Shown here in pieces: positions 40,723-49,881 of a stretch of DNA of 64,000 nucleotides (within the stretch, counting starts at the first letter, position 1; the number at the start of each line of letters is the position of its first letter). The stretch is taken from positions 42,564-106,563 of the forward strand of contig CALRWJ020000007.1 in assembly GCA_943371835.1 (NCBI GenBank), given 5' to 3'. The notes beneath the pieces are model-generated. The model made no database searches, was not told the origin of the DNA, and was given only the letters and a program-made list of their open reading frames with translations. The translations under genes and the position numbers were made by a program. The DNA is from Afipia felis. Lineage in GTDB: Bacteria; Pseudomonadota; Alphaproteobacteria; Caulobacterales; Caulobacteraceae.

Positions 40723-42387
40723 ATGGGACGGCTGGACCTCGACCGACTGATCGCCGGCTGGCGCGGACCCGCGTTGGCGGCTCTTGTGGCGCTGCTGGCG
40801 GGCCTGCCCGGCCTGCTCATGCTGCCGCCGCTGGACCGCGACGAAAGCCGCTACGCCCAAGCCACGTCGCAGATGCTGGAAAGCGGCGACTACGTCGACA
40901 TCCGGTTCCAGGACGAACCGCGCTGGAAGAAGCCGGTCGGCATCTATTGGGCCCAGGCGGCGGCGGTGGGCCTGACCACGGGACCGGAGGCGCGGCTGAT
41001 CCAGCCCTATCGCATTCCGTCGCTGCTGGCCGCCATGATCGCCGCCTTCGCCTGCGCCTGGGTGGGCGTCCGGCTGTTCGGGACACGCGCGGGCTTTCTG
41101 GCCGGGGCGCTGCTGGGCGCGGGCTTCCTGCTGTCGACCGAGGCCGGCATCGCCAAGACCGACGCGGCCCTGTGCGCCGCCGTCACCGCCGCCATGGCGG
41201 GACTGGCGCGCATCTACATGGCGTCCCGCGCGGGCGAGACGCCGGACAGGCGGCACAAATTCCTGTTCTGGCTCAGCCTGGGTCTGTCGATCCTGATCAA
41301 GGGTCCCATCGGCCTGATGGTGATCGTGCCGGCGGTGCTGGCGCTGTGCGTCTGGGACCGCGAATGGCGCTGGATCAAGCGGCTGGGCTGGGGCTGGGGC
41401 CTTCCGCTGGTCGCCCTGATCGTCGGGCCATGGGCCATCGCCGTGACCATCGTCACCGACGGCGGCTTCTGGCGCGAGGCGATCGTCGGCGACCTGGCGC
41501 CGAAGGTGGCGGGCGGCCATGAAAGCCACGGGGCGCCGCCCGGGACCCACCTGCTGCTGCTGCCGCTTCTGATGTTCCCCGCCACCCTGCTGCTGCCCGC
41601 CGCCCTGTCGACCGCGTGGAGCCGACGCGCCGAGCCGGCCGTGCGCTTCCTGACGTGCTGGCTGGTCCCCGGCTGGCTGATCTTCGAACTGGCCCCGACC
41701 AAGCTGGTTCACTACACCCTGCCGGTCCACGCGGCCCTTTTCCTGCTGGTCTCGGCGGCCCTGACGCGGCCCGTCGGCACGCTGTCCGCGCGTCTGGGCG
41801 CGGCGCTGGGCCTGCTGGCGGCGGGGCTGCTGGCGGTGATCGCCGTGTACGGTCTGAACCAGTTCGGCACCTCGACGGCCCAGACCTGGGCCGCGCTGGT
41901 CGTGGTCTCGGCGGTGGCGGCCGGCGTGGTCGGCGGCTTCCTGCTGCTGAACCGTGCGGCCATGGCGGCCGTGGCGGTCGCGGGCGTCTTCGGCGTGTTC
42001 GCGCACGCCGCGTTGGTGGGCGAGATCCGCCAGCTGCGTCCGCTGTCGGTGGCGCCCCAGCTGACCCGCGCGCTTCAGGCCGCCGCCCTGCATCCCCGCC
42101 AAGGCGCGCCGGGCCCGGTCGCCATCACGGGCTTCCACGAACCCAGCTTCGTCTTCCTGACGGGCCGGGACACCGAGCTGACCGACGCCGCCGGCGCCGT
42201 CCGCGCGCTCGAGGAAGGCCGCGCCGCCATCGTCGAGGCGCGCGACGCCGACGCCTTCGCGGCCGCCGCGTCGGGCGGCCTGCCCGGTCGCGCGGTGGCT
42301 CAGGTGCGCGGCCACAACTATTCCACCGGCGACGACGTCGATCTGACCGTCTACGCGCCCACCGTCGGCTTCGGGGCCCGCCCGTGA
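40723..42387 (+). CDS. ArnT-like glycosyltransferase (GT39/GT83 family), polytopic membrane protein
   Basis: LPPLDRDESRYAQATSQMLESGDYV...KPVGIYW, followed by many TMs. Confidence 0.8.
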   Translation: MGRLDLDRLIAGWRGPALAALVALLAGLPGLLMLPPLDRDESRYAQATSQMLESGDYVDIRFQDEPRWKKPVGIYWAQAAAVGLTTGPEARLIQPYRIPSLLAAMIAAFACAWVGVRLFGTRAGFLAGALLGAGFLLSTEAGIAKTDAALCAAVTAAMAGLARIYMASRAGETPDRRHKFLFWLSLGLSILIKGPIGLMVIVPAVLALCVWDREWRWIKRLGWGWGLPLVALIVGPWAIAVTIVTDGGFWREAIVGDLAPKVAGGHESHGAPPGTHLLLLPLLMFPATLLLPAALSTAWSRRAEPAVRFLTCWLVPGWLIFELAPTKLVHYTLPVHAALFLLVSAALTRPVGTLSARLGAALGLLAAGLLAVIAVYGLNQFGTSTAQTWAALVVVSAVAAGVVGGFLLLNRAAMAAVAVAGVFGVFAHAALVGEIRQLRPLSVAPQLTRALQAAALHPRQGAPGPVAITGFHEPSFVFLTGRDTELTDAAGAVRALEEGRAAIVEARDADAFAAAASGGLPGRAVAQVRGHNYSTGDDVDLTVYAPTVGFGARP

Positions 42388-43298
42388 GCCGACCGATCAC
42401 GATCGTCGAGGTCGGTCCCCGCGACGGCCTGCAGAACGAGGCGGCGGTGCTGGAGCCCGCGATCCGCGCCGAGCTGACGCGGCGTCTGGAAGCCGCCGGC
42501 GCGCGCCGCATCGAGGCGGTCAGCTTCGTCCATCCCAAATACGTGCCGCAGATGGCCGGCGCGGAGGAGGTCATGGCCGCCCTGCCGCCCCAGCCGGGCC
42601 GCAGCCGCATCGGCCTGGTTCTCAACGCCCGCGGCTATGACCGCGCCCTGACCACCGCGGTTGACGAGGTCAACGTCTCCATCGCCGCGACCGACGGCTT
42701 CGGCTTGAAGAACCAGGGCCTGGATCGCGCCGGCCAGATGGCCATGGTCGAGGAGATCGTGAACCGCCGCCACAACGCGGCCCCCGGCGAGGCGGCCCCG
42801 TCCCTGTCGGTGACGATCAGCTGCGTCTGGGGCTGCCCCTTCGACGGCGAGGTCGGCGTGGATCAGGTCGCCGATCTGGTCGGCCGTCTGGGCTCGCTGG
42901 GGATCGAAGAGATCGCCCTGGCCGACACGATCGGCGTCGGCGATCCCTGGAGCGTGCGGGCGAAGGTGGAGGCGGCGAGGCGGGCCGCGCCCGACGCGAC
43001 CCTGCGCCTGCATTTCCACGACACGCGCAACACCGGCGTCGCCAACGCCTTCGCCGGGATCGAGGCGGGCGTCGACGTGCTGGACGCTTCGGTCGGAGGC
43101 ATCGGCGGCTGCCCCTTCGCGCCCGGCGCCACCGGCAACGTGGCGACCGAAGATCTGGTCTACATGCTGGAGCGCGCCGGTTTCGACACCGGCTACGACC
43201 TCGGTCGCCTCATCGAAGCCGCCCGCTGGATCGGCGAAAGGATCGGTCGCCCCGCCCCCAGCGCGCTCAGCCGGGCGGGCGGCTGGCCCCGCGCCTGA
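42384..43298 (+). CDS. hydroxymethylglutaryl-CoA lyase (HMGL-like)
   Basis: VEVGPRDGLQNE, FVHPKYVPQM, HFHDTRN, GGCPFAPGATGNV. The GTG overlaps the ArnT-like stop (GTGA). Confidence 0.85.
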   Translation: MSRPITIVEVGPRDGLQNEAAVLEPAIRAELTRRLEAAGARRIEAVSFVHPKYVPQMAGAEEVMAALPPQPGRSRIGLVLNARGYDRALTTAVDEVNVSIAATDGFGLKNQGLDRAGQMAMVEEIVNRRHNAAPGEAAPSLSVTISCVWGCPFDGEVGVDQVADLVGRLGSLGIEEIALADTIGVGDPWSVRAKVEAARRAAPDATLRLHFHDTRNTGVANAFAGIEAGVDVLDASVGGIGGCPFAPGATGNVATEDLVYMLERAGFDTGYDLGRLIEAARWIGERIGRPAPSALSRAGGWPRA

Positions 43299-43354
43299 AA
43301 CCCGGATTTCCCGTCGACGGGGAAACCAAACCGTCGCGCGGGACTTTTTCAGCG

Positions 43355-43579
43355 ATGACCCAGAGCCTCCACGACATCCTCGAAGGCGGTCCGGCCTATG
43401 GCGTGGTGGACGCCAAGGACGGCTGGCTGCTGTTCGGCCGCGAAGGCCACGAAGCCGAGTTCCGCGCCCTCGTCGCCGAGGTCCAGGCGGCGGCGCCGGA
43501 CGCGGAGATCATCCCGCTGGACACGCCCGACGACGTCCCGGATCGCATCTTCATCGCGCCGCCCGCCGCCGAGAACTGA
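43355..43579 (+). CDS. hypothetical protein (74 aa)
   Basis: High GC3 ORF; no recognised domain. Confidence 0.45.
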   Translation: MTQSLHDILEGGPAYGVVDAKDGWLLFGREGHEAEFRALVAEVQAAAPDAEIIPLDTPDDVPDRIFIAPPAAEN

Positions 43580-43676
43580 GGCGCGTCGGCTTTTTCAGCG
43601 ACCGCTCACATCTCCCTCATGCCGCGCGGGGCCGTGGCGGGTGAGGCTGGTCCTCGTCGCAACGAGGAGAGACGAC

Positions 43677-43973
43677 ATGGTCAAGACCGACGATCTGGAC
43701 CGCCTGTGGGGCACGCTGCGGGTGCTGGGCTGGGGCGCCGTCGCGCTGGTGATGCTTGCGCCCGCCCTGGCCATGGCGCTGGACGCGCCCGGCGTGAACT
43801 GGACCGCCAGCGATTTCCTGTTCGCGGGCGTGCTGCTGGTCGGGGGCGGCGCCGTCGTCGAACTGATGGCCTGGCGCGTGAAGAACCCCGCCGTCCGCAT
43901 CGGCGTGGCGACGTTGGTGGTCGCGGCGGTGGCGCTGGTGTGGATCGAGGCCGCGGTCGGCATCTTCCACTGA
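43677..43973 (+). CDS. hypothetical membrane protein (98 aa, 3 TM)
   Basis: AGGAGA SD before ATG 43677; three hydrophobic helices. Confidence 0.6.
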   Translation: MVKTDDLDRLWGTLRVLGWGAVALVMLAPALAMALDAPGVNWTASDFLFAGVLLVGGGAVVELMAWRVKNPAVRIGVATLVVAAVALVWIEAAVGIFH

Positions 43974-44022
43974 GCGCGCGCGGCGGTTTGACTCCTGTCG
44001 GGGTCATGCCGACATTCCCGCC

Positions 44023-44427
44023 ATGGGCGTTCACGAAACCATCGCCGTCTGGATCGATCGCGAGCCTACGCTCGACGAGGAACTGACCGCGCTCGGAGAG
44101 GAGCCGGTCGAAATGGCCAATCTGCCGCCCGACTGGACCGGGGTCCTCGCCACCATCTTCATCTCGACGGCGATGGGCCAGCACGGTCCGCGTGTGAAGA
44201 TCTATCTCAAGCCGGGCCGCGGTCAGCCCAGCGCGTCGATCTCCGTCGGTCCGAACCCGCGCGTTCTGGCGTCCAGTCTGGACGACAGGGATCTCGCGCG
44301 GGTGGCTCCGAAGGCGCTGGAGTGGGTGGCCTTGAACCACGAGGCCCTCACCACCTTCTGGTTCGAAGGCGAGGCATGGGCCATCGCCGACGTCGCCGAC
44401 TTCAGTCGTACGCTGAAGAAGGTGTGA
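44023..44427 (+). CDS. hypothetical protein, paralog of 14413..14826
   Basis: MGVHETIAVWIDREPTLDEEL...GQHGPRVKIYLKPGRGQPS...WVALNHEALTTFWF. Confidence 0.7.
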   Translation: MGVHETIAVWIDREPTLDEELTALGEEPVEMANLPPDWTGVLATIFISTAMGQHGPRVKIYLKPGRGQPSASISVGPNPRVLASSLDDRDLARVAPKALEWVALNHEALTTFWFEGEAWAIADVADFSRTLKKV

Positions 44428-47400
44428 TCACAGGTTCAGCAGCGCCGGGTCGCCGCCCTGGGCGGAGATGTTGTTGCTGATGGCCTTTTCGGCGGCGTAG
44501 CGGATCAGGCTGTTGGGGCCGCCGGCCTTGGGACCGGTTCCGGACAGGCCCTCGCCGCCGAACGGCTGCACGCCCACGACCGCGCCGGTCACGCCGCGGT
44601 TGATGTAGACGTTGCCTGCCGGGACCAGGCGGATGACTTCTTCCGCAAAGGCCTCGATCCGGCTGTGCACGCCCAGCGTCAGGCCATAGCCCCGCGCCGC
44701 CAGCTTTCCGGCGACGCCCTTCAGGTCCGCGGGGTCGTAGCGATAGACGTGCAGGATGGGACCGAAGACCTCGCGCTCCAGGAAGTCGGGCGTCGGGATT
44801 TCGGCGATGGTGGGCGCGAACAGGTCGCCCTTGTCCGCCCCCGCAGGCAGCTTGGCGCGGGCCACGATCTTGGCTTCCTGCTTCAGGCGCTCCACGTGCG
44901 CCTCCAGCGCCTTGCGGCTTTCGGCGTCGATGACGGGGCCGATGTCGGTGGCGGGATCGGTGGGATCCGACACGACCTGGGCCGCCAGCGCTCCCTTGAG
45001 CCCCTCGATCAGGGCGTCCGCGGAATCCTTGGGAACGTACAGGACGCGCAGGGCCGAGCAGCGCTGGCCCGCCGAGCCGAAGGCGGACAGGATCACGTCG
45101 TCGATCACCTGTTCCTTCAGCGCCGTGGTGTCCACGAACATGCCGTTCAGCCCGCCGGTCTCGGCGATGAAGGGAATGATCGGGCCGGGCCGGTTCGCCA
45201 GGCCGCGGTTGATGGCGGCGGCGGTGTCGGTGCCGCCGGTGAAGGCGACGCCGTCGACCAGCGGATGGGTGGTCAGCTTCGCGCCGACGGTCTCGCCGCG
45301 TCCGGGCAGCAGGGCCAGCAGGTCGGCCGGCAGCCCCGCCTTGTGGAACAGGCGCACGGCCTCGGCGGCGATCAGCGGCGTCTGCTCCGCCGGCTTGGCC
45401 AGCACGCCATTGCCGGCCGCCAGGGCCGCGGCGATCTGGCCGGTGAAGATGGCCAGCGGGAAGTTCCACGGCGAAATGCAGGCGAAAACGCCGCGGCCGT
45501 GCAGGACCAGCTGATTGATCTCGCCGACGGGTCCCTTGAGGTCCTGACGCCCGCCGAAGTCGCGCTCGGCCAGCATGGCGTAGTAGCGGCAGAAGTCCGC
45601 GGCCTCGCGCACCTCGGCCACGCCGTCGTTCAGCGTCTTGCCGGCTTCGCGGCTCAGCAGCGCCACCAGCCGGTCCATGTCGGCTTCCAGAGCATCGGCC
45701 ATGGCGCGCAGCACCGGGGCGCGGCCCGCTCCCTGACGACGGTCCCACGCGACCTGGGCGTTCGCGGCCAACTCCGCCGCCCGGTCCACGTCGGTTTCGG
45801 TGGCCTCCGACACGTGGCCCAGCACCTGGGTCCGGTCGAAGGGATTGGTCACCTCCTGCGACGCCGTGCCGGCCAAGAGCTTGCCGCCGACGATGGGGCC
45901 GGAGGTGAAGCGTTCGGCGTCCACCTTCTTCAGCGCCTGCAGGTGACGCTCGCGGTCGGCGGCCTGGCTGTAGTCGCGACCCAGCGAGTTCTGGCGGTCC
46001 ATGTACATGTCCTTGGGCACGGGAATCTTGGCGTGGCGGTCGGGGTGGGCCGCGACCTGCGAAATCGGATCGGCGGCGACGGCGGACGCCGGCACCCGCT
46101 CGTCCAAGAGGGCGTGGACGAAGCTGGAGTTGGCCCCGTTTTCCAGCAGGCGGCGCACCAGATAGGGCAGCAGGTCCTCATGCCCGCCGACGGGGGCATA
46201 GGCGCGCACGGTGACGGGGCCGAAGGCGGCGCGGGCGGCGTCGTACAGCGCCTCGCCCATGCCATGCAGGCGCTGGAACTCGATCTTCACGCCGCGCTCG
46301 GTGGCCATCCGATGCACCGCCGCCAGCGAGTGGGCGTTGTGCGTGGCGAACTGGGCATAGATGTGCGGCGACGCCTCGATCATGGCGCGGGCGCAGACCA
46401 GGTAGTTCAGATCGGTGGCGGCCTTGGTGGTGAAGACCGGATAGTCCTCGCGCCCCGCCACTTGGGCCCGCTTGATCTCGGTGTCCCAATAGGCGCCCTT
46501 GACCAGACGCACCATCAGCCGCCGACCGGACGTCCTCGCCAGCTCGGCGACGCGGGCGATCACCTCCGGACAGCGCTTTTGATAGGCCTGAACGGCGAGG
46601 CCCAGACCCTTCCATCGCCCGAGGGACGGCTCGTGCGCCAGCCGGTCCAGCAGCTTCAGCGACAGGGCCAGGCGGTCCGCCTCCTCGGCGTCCATGGTGA
46701 AGTTGATGTCCGCGTCCGCCGCGATCTTGGCCAGCCTCAGGACGCGCGGATACAGCTCGTCCCACACCCGCGCCTCGTGCGTCGCCTCGTAGCGGGGCGA
46801 CAGCGCCGACAGCTTGACCGAGACGCCGTGACCGGCCTCCGGCCCTTCCTTCGCCACCTTGCCGACGGCGGTGATGGCGTCGGCATAGATGCGCTCATAG
46901 CGTTCGGCGTCGGCGGCGGTTCGGGCGCCCTCGCCCAGCATGTCGAAGCTGCACAGCCAGCCCTCGCGGTTCGCGCGCTTCAGCGCCGCCTCGATGGTGC
47001 GGCCCACCACGAACTGCTCGCCCATGATGCGCACGGCGGCGGCCACCGCCTCGCGGATCACCGGCTCGCCCAGACGGCCGACGATGCGCTTCAGGAACCC
47101 CGGCAGGTCGGTCTTCGCCTGATCGTCGACGTCGACCAGCTTGCCGGTCAGCATCAGGCCCCAGGTGGAGGCGTTGACGAACAGGCTGTCGGACTGGCCC
47201 AGGTGCCCGGCCCAGTCGGCCGAACCGATCTTCTCGGCGATCAGCCGGTCGCGCGTGTCCTCGTCCGGCGTGCGCAGCAGGGCCTCGGCCAGACACATCA
47301 GGGCCAGACCCTCGCGCGTGCCCAGGCTGAACTCCTGCAGGAAGCTCTCGACCACGCCCTGCCGCTTGTTCGAGCGTCGCGCGCGTTCGACCAGGTCGAT

Positions 47401-47553
47401 CGCCTGCCCCAGAACCGCCGCGCACTCGCCCGCGTCCAGCGGCGTCCTCGCCAGCAGGCCCCGCACCACCGCCGTCTCGTCGGCGAATTTGCCGTGGTCG
47501 AGGGCGTCCCAGTCCTGGGTCAGGGAGGGGGTCGAAGCGGCGGTCGCGATCAT
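44428..47553 (-). CDS. putA: bifunctional proline dehydrogenase / L-glutamate-gamma-semialdehyde dehydrogenase PutA
   Basis: 1041 aa with an N-terminal PRODH barrel (SVKLSALSPRYE, DAEEADRL) and a C-terminal ALDH domain (FTGGTDTA, ETGGLN, SAFGSAGQRCSA). No obvious N-terminal RHH domain. Confidence 0.95.
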   Translation of the reverse strand: MIATAASTPSLTQDWDALDHGKFADETAVVRGLLARTPLDAGECAAVLGQAIDLVERARRSNKRQGVVESFLQEFSLGTREGLALMCLAEALLRTPDEDTRDRLIAEKIGSADWAGHLGQSDSLFVNASTWGLMLTGKLVDVDDQAKTDLPGFLKRIVGRLGEPVIREAVAAAVRIMGEQFVVGRTIEAALKRANREGWLCSFDMLGEGARTAADAERYERIYADAITAVGKVAKEGPEAGHGVSVKLSALSPRYEATHEARVWDELYPRVLRLAKIAADADINFTMDAEEADRLALSLKLLDRLAHEPSLGRWKGLGLAVQAYQKRCPEVIARVAELARTSGRRLMVRLVKGAYWDTEIKRAQVAGREDYPVFTTKAATDLNYLVCARAMIEASPHIYAQFATHNAHSLAAVHRMATERGVKIEFQRLHGMGEALYDAARAAFGPVTVRAYAPVGGHEDLLPYLVRRLLENGANSSFVHALLDERVPASAVAADPISQVAAHPDRHAKIPVPKDMYMDRQNSLGRDYSQAADRERHLQALKKVDAERFTSGPIVGGKLLAGTASQEVTNPFDRTQVLGHVSEATETDVDRAAELAANAQVAWDRRQGAGRAPVLRAMADALEADMDRLVALLSREAGKTLNDGVAEVREAADFCRYYAMLAERDFGGRQDLKGPVGEINQLVLHGRGVFACISPWNFPLAIFTGQIAAALAAGNGVLAKPAEQTPLIAAEAVRLFHKAGLPADLLALLPGRGETVGAKLTTHPLVDGVAFTGGTDTAAAINRGLANRPGPIIPFIAETGGLNGMFVDTTALKEQVIDDVILSAFGSAGQRCSALRVLYVPKDSADALIEGLKGALAAQVVSDPTDPATDIGPVIDAESRKALEAHVERLKQEAKIVARAKLPAGADKGDLFAPTIAEIPTPDFLEREVFGPILHVYRYDPADLKGVAGKLAARGYGLTLGVHSRIEAFAEEVIRLVPAGNVYINRGVTGAVVGVQPFGGEGLSGTGPKAGGPNSLIRYAAEKAISNNISAQGGDPALLNL

Positions 47554-47634
47554 GGGCGGCTCTCTACTCCCTTCCCCACGGATGGGGGAGGGGCTATTCG
47601 TTCGGACCGTTCAACGGCGGAGCCTCACGGCCCA

Positions 47635-48723
47635 ATGCGCATCGTTCTGGCCACCGACGCCTGGGAGCCCCAGGTCAACGGCGTCGTCCGCACCCTGTCC
47701 CGGATCACGGCCGAGTGCCGGGCGATGGGGCATGAGGTGGAGGTGATCCAGCCGGGTCAGTTCAAGACCATGCCCATGCCCACCTACCCGGAAATCCGGC
47801 TGGCGCTGGGCGCGGAGGAAGAGATCCGCGAGCGGCTGCGCGCCTTCGAGCCAGAGGCCGTGCACATCGCCACCGAAGGGCCGATCGGCATCGCCACGCG
47901 CCGCATCTGCGTGGAATGGAAGCTGCCCTTCACCACCAGCTATCACACCAAATTCCCGGAGTACGTCTCGGCCCGGTTCCCTGTGCCGGTGCAGCTGGGC
48001 TACGCCTACATGAAGTGGTTCCACCGGCCGTCAGGCCGGCTGATGGTCGCCACGCCGACGCTACGCGACGAGCTGACGGCGCACGGGTTCAAGAACGTGT
48101 CGCCGTGGACGCGGGGCGTGGACACCGAGCTGTTCAATCCGTCGCTCCAGCCGATCTACGACGAACTGGGCGGCAAGGACTGGCCGCGGCCGTTCTTCCT
48201 GAACGTCGGCCGCGTGGCGGTGGAGAAGAACATCGAGGCCTTCCTGGAGCTGGACCTGCCCGGCACCAAGATCGTGGTCGGCGACGGCCCGGCCCGCGCC
48301 GAGCTGGAGGCCAAGTATCCGGAGGCGAAATTCCTGGGCGCCCGCTTCGGCGAGGAGCTGGCGCGGTGCTTCCGCGACGCCGACGTCTTCGTCTTCCCCA
48401 GCTGGACCGACACCTTCGGCCTCGTGATTCTGGAGGCCATGGCCACCGGCACGCCGGTCGCGGCCTATCCCGCCCACGGACCCATCGACATCATTCCGGG
48501 ATCGGGCGCCGGCTTCATCGACGACGATCTGAAGACCGCCTGCCTGAAGTGCCTCGACCTCGACCGCAAGGACGTCCGCGCCTATGCGGAAAAGTTCAGC
48601 TGGCGCGCCTCGGCCGAGGAATTCATCGCCAATCTCGAGCCCTATCCCGAGCCCGAGCGCGGCCGCTTCTGGCGCCGCCTACGCCGCGTCACCCGCCTGA
48701 GGAAAAAAGCCCAGGCGGCCTAG
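47635..48723 (+). CDS. GT4 glycosyltransferase, SQD2/Agt-like
   Basis: Collinear with SQD2-type motifs: NGVVRT, TSYHTKFPEY, WTRGVDTELFNP, VGRVAVEKN, GDGPARAEL, DVFVFPSWTDTFGLVILEAMATGTPV. Confidence 0.8.
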   Translation: MRIVLATDAWEPQVNGVVRTLSRITAECRAMGHEVEVIQPGQFKTMPMPTYPEIRLALGAEEEIRERLRAFEPEAVHIATEGPIGIATRRICVEWKLPFTTSYHTKFPEYVSARFPVPVQLGYAYMKWFHRPSGRLMVATPTLRDELTAHGFKNVSPWTRGVDTELFNPSLQPIYDELGGKDWPRPFFLNVGRVAVEKNIEAFLELDLPGTKIVVGDGPARAELEAKYPEAKFLGARFGEELARCFRDADVFVFPSWTDTFGLVILEAMATGTPVAAYPAHGPIDIIPGSGAGFIDDDLKTACLKCLDLDRKDVRAYAEKFSWRASAEEFIANLEPYPEPERGRFWRRLRRVTRLRKKAQAA

Positions 48724-48790
48724 TCTCCTCCCCACGAGCGCGGCGACGTGGGGAGTGGCGCGGCCCGAATACGGGCCGTGACGGAGGGGC

Positions 48791-49849
48791 CTACTTCTCC
48801 GGTCGCGTCATCACGACGTGCTCGCGCGCGACGCGGCGCTGCTCGGCCAGTTCGCCCTCGGGCAGGGGCACCAGCCCCCGGTCCTGCAGATAGCCGCCGC
48901 GCCCCGACGCCGCGTCCGACATGTACTCCGTCAGGAACAGGTCCAGGCCCGGCGTGACGCCGATGTGCGCCTTCTTCACATAGACGTACATCGACCGCGA
49001 GATCGGGTATTCGCCGGAGGCGATGGTGTCGAAGTCCGGATAGACGCCGTTGACCGACGCCGCCTTCACGCTGTCGGAGTTCTGCTCCAGGAAGGAATAG
49101 CCGAACACGCCCAGGGCGCCCGGCGTGCGCGACAGGGTCTGGACGATGGCGTTGTCGTTCTCGCCCGCGTCGACCCACAGACCGTCCTCGCGCAGGGTGT
49201 GGGCGCGCGTCTCGAAGGCGTCCTTGTCGCTTTCCTTCAGCGCGGCCATGGCGGGCAGGGCTTCGGCGGCGTGGGTCATGCCCAGTTCCAGCCAGCTGTC
49301 GCGCGTCCCAGACGTCGGCGGCGGGCCGTAGACCAGGATGCGCACGTCCGGCAGGCCGGGCCGCACCTGCGCCCAGGTCCGGTTCGGATTGGCGACGAAG
49401 CCCGAGCCGCCCGGCACGTCCTTGGCCAGGCCCAGGAAGAAGTCGGACCCCTCGAAATGATAGTCCGCGCCGCTGCGCGCCACCGCGATCACCAGGCCGT
49501 CATAGCCGATCTTCAGCTCGATGATGTCGGTGACGCCGTTCTTGGCGCACTCGTCGAACTCCGACGCCTTCATACGGCGGGACGCATTGGCGACGTCGGG
49601 CGTCGACGGCCCGACCCCGGCGCAGAAGGCCTTGATCCCGCCCCCGGTGCCCAGGCTTTCCACGCGCGGCATGGCGAAGTCGTTGGCGCGCGAGAAATTC
49701 TCGGCCACGCGCGTGGTGAAGGGAAACACCGTCGACGAGCCCGCCGCCCAGATGCCCTCGCGCGCGCCGCCGCGACCGTCGCAGGCGGCCAGGGTCAGGG
49801 CGGCCAGGGTCAGCGACCCCAGCGCGGTCAGGCGGCGTTTCAGCGTCAC
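48791..49849 (-). CDS. PstS-family (PBP_like_2) phosphate-binding lipoprotein
   Basis: Lipobox LTLAAC; AAGSSTVFPFTTRVAE; SGTRDSW. GTG start with a GGAG SD. Confidence 0.75.
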   Translation of the reverse strand: MTLKRRLTALGSLTLAALTLAACDGRGGAREGIWAAGSSTVFPFTTRVAENFSRANDFAMPRVESLGTGGGIKAFCAGVGPSTPDVANASRRMKASEFDECAKNGVTDIIELKIGYDGLVIAVARSGADYHFEGSDFFLGLAKDVPGGSGFVANPNRTWAQVRPGLPDVRILVYGPPPTSGTRDSWLELGMTHAAEALPAMAALKESDKDAFETRAHTLREDGLWVDAGENDNAIVQTLSRTPGALGVFGYSFLEQNSDSVKAASVNGVYPDFDTIASGEYPISRSMYVYVKKAHIGVTPGLDLFLTEYMSDAASGRGGYLQDRGLVPLPEGELAEQRRVAREHVVMTRPEK

Positions 49850-49881
49850 GGCGGTCTCCAGGCGGCGGCGAATCCGCCCGC

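Noticed and set aside
47554-47634. A PutR/Lrp-type regulator or operator for putA in the divergent region.
   Set aside because: The divergent gene is a glycosyltransferase, not a regulator. The only symmetry there belongs to the CCCTCCCC/GGGGAGGG repeat family seen elsewhere. The Lrp-family gene in the window is paired with ald.
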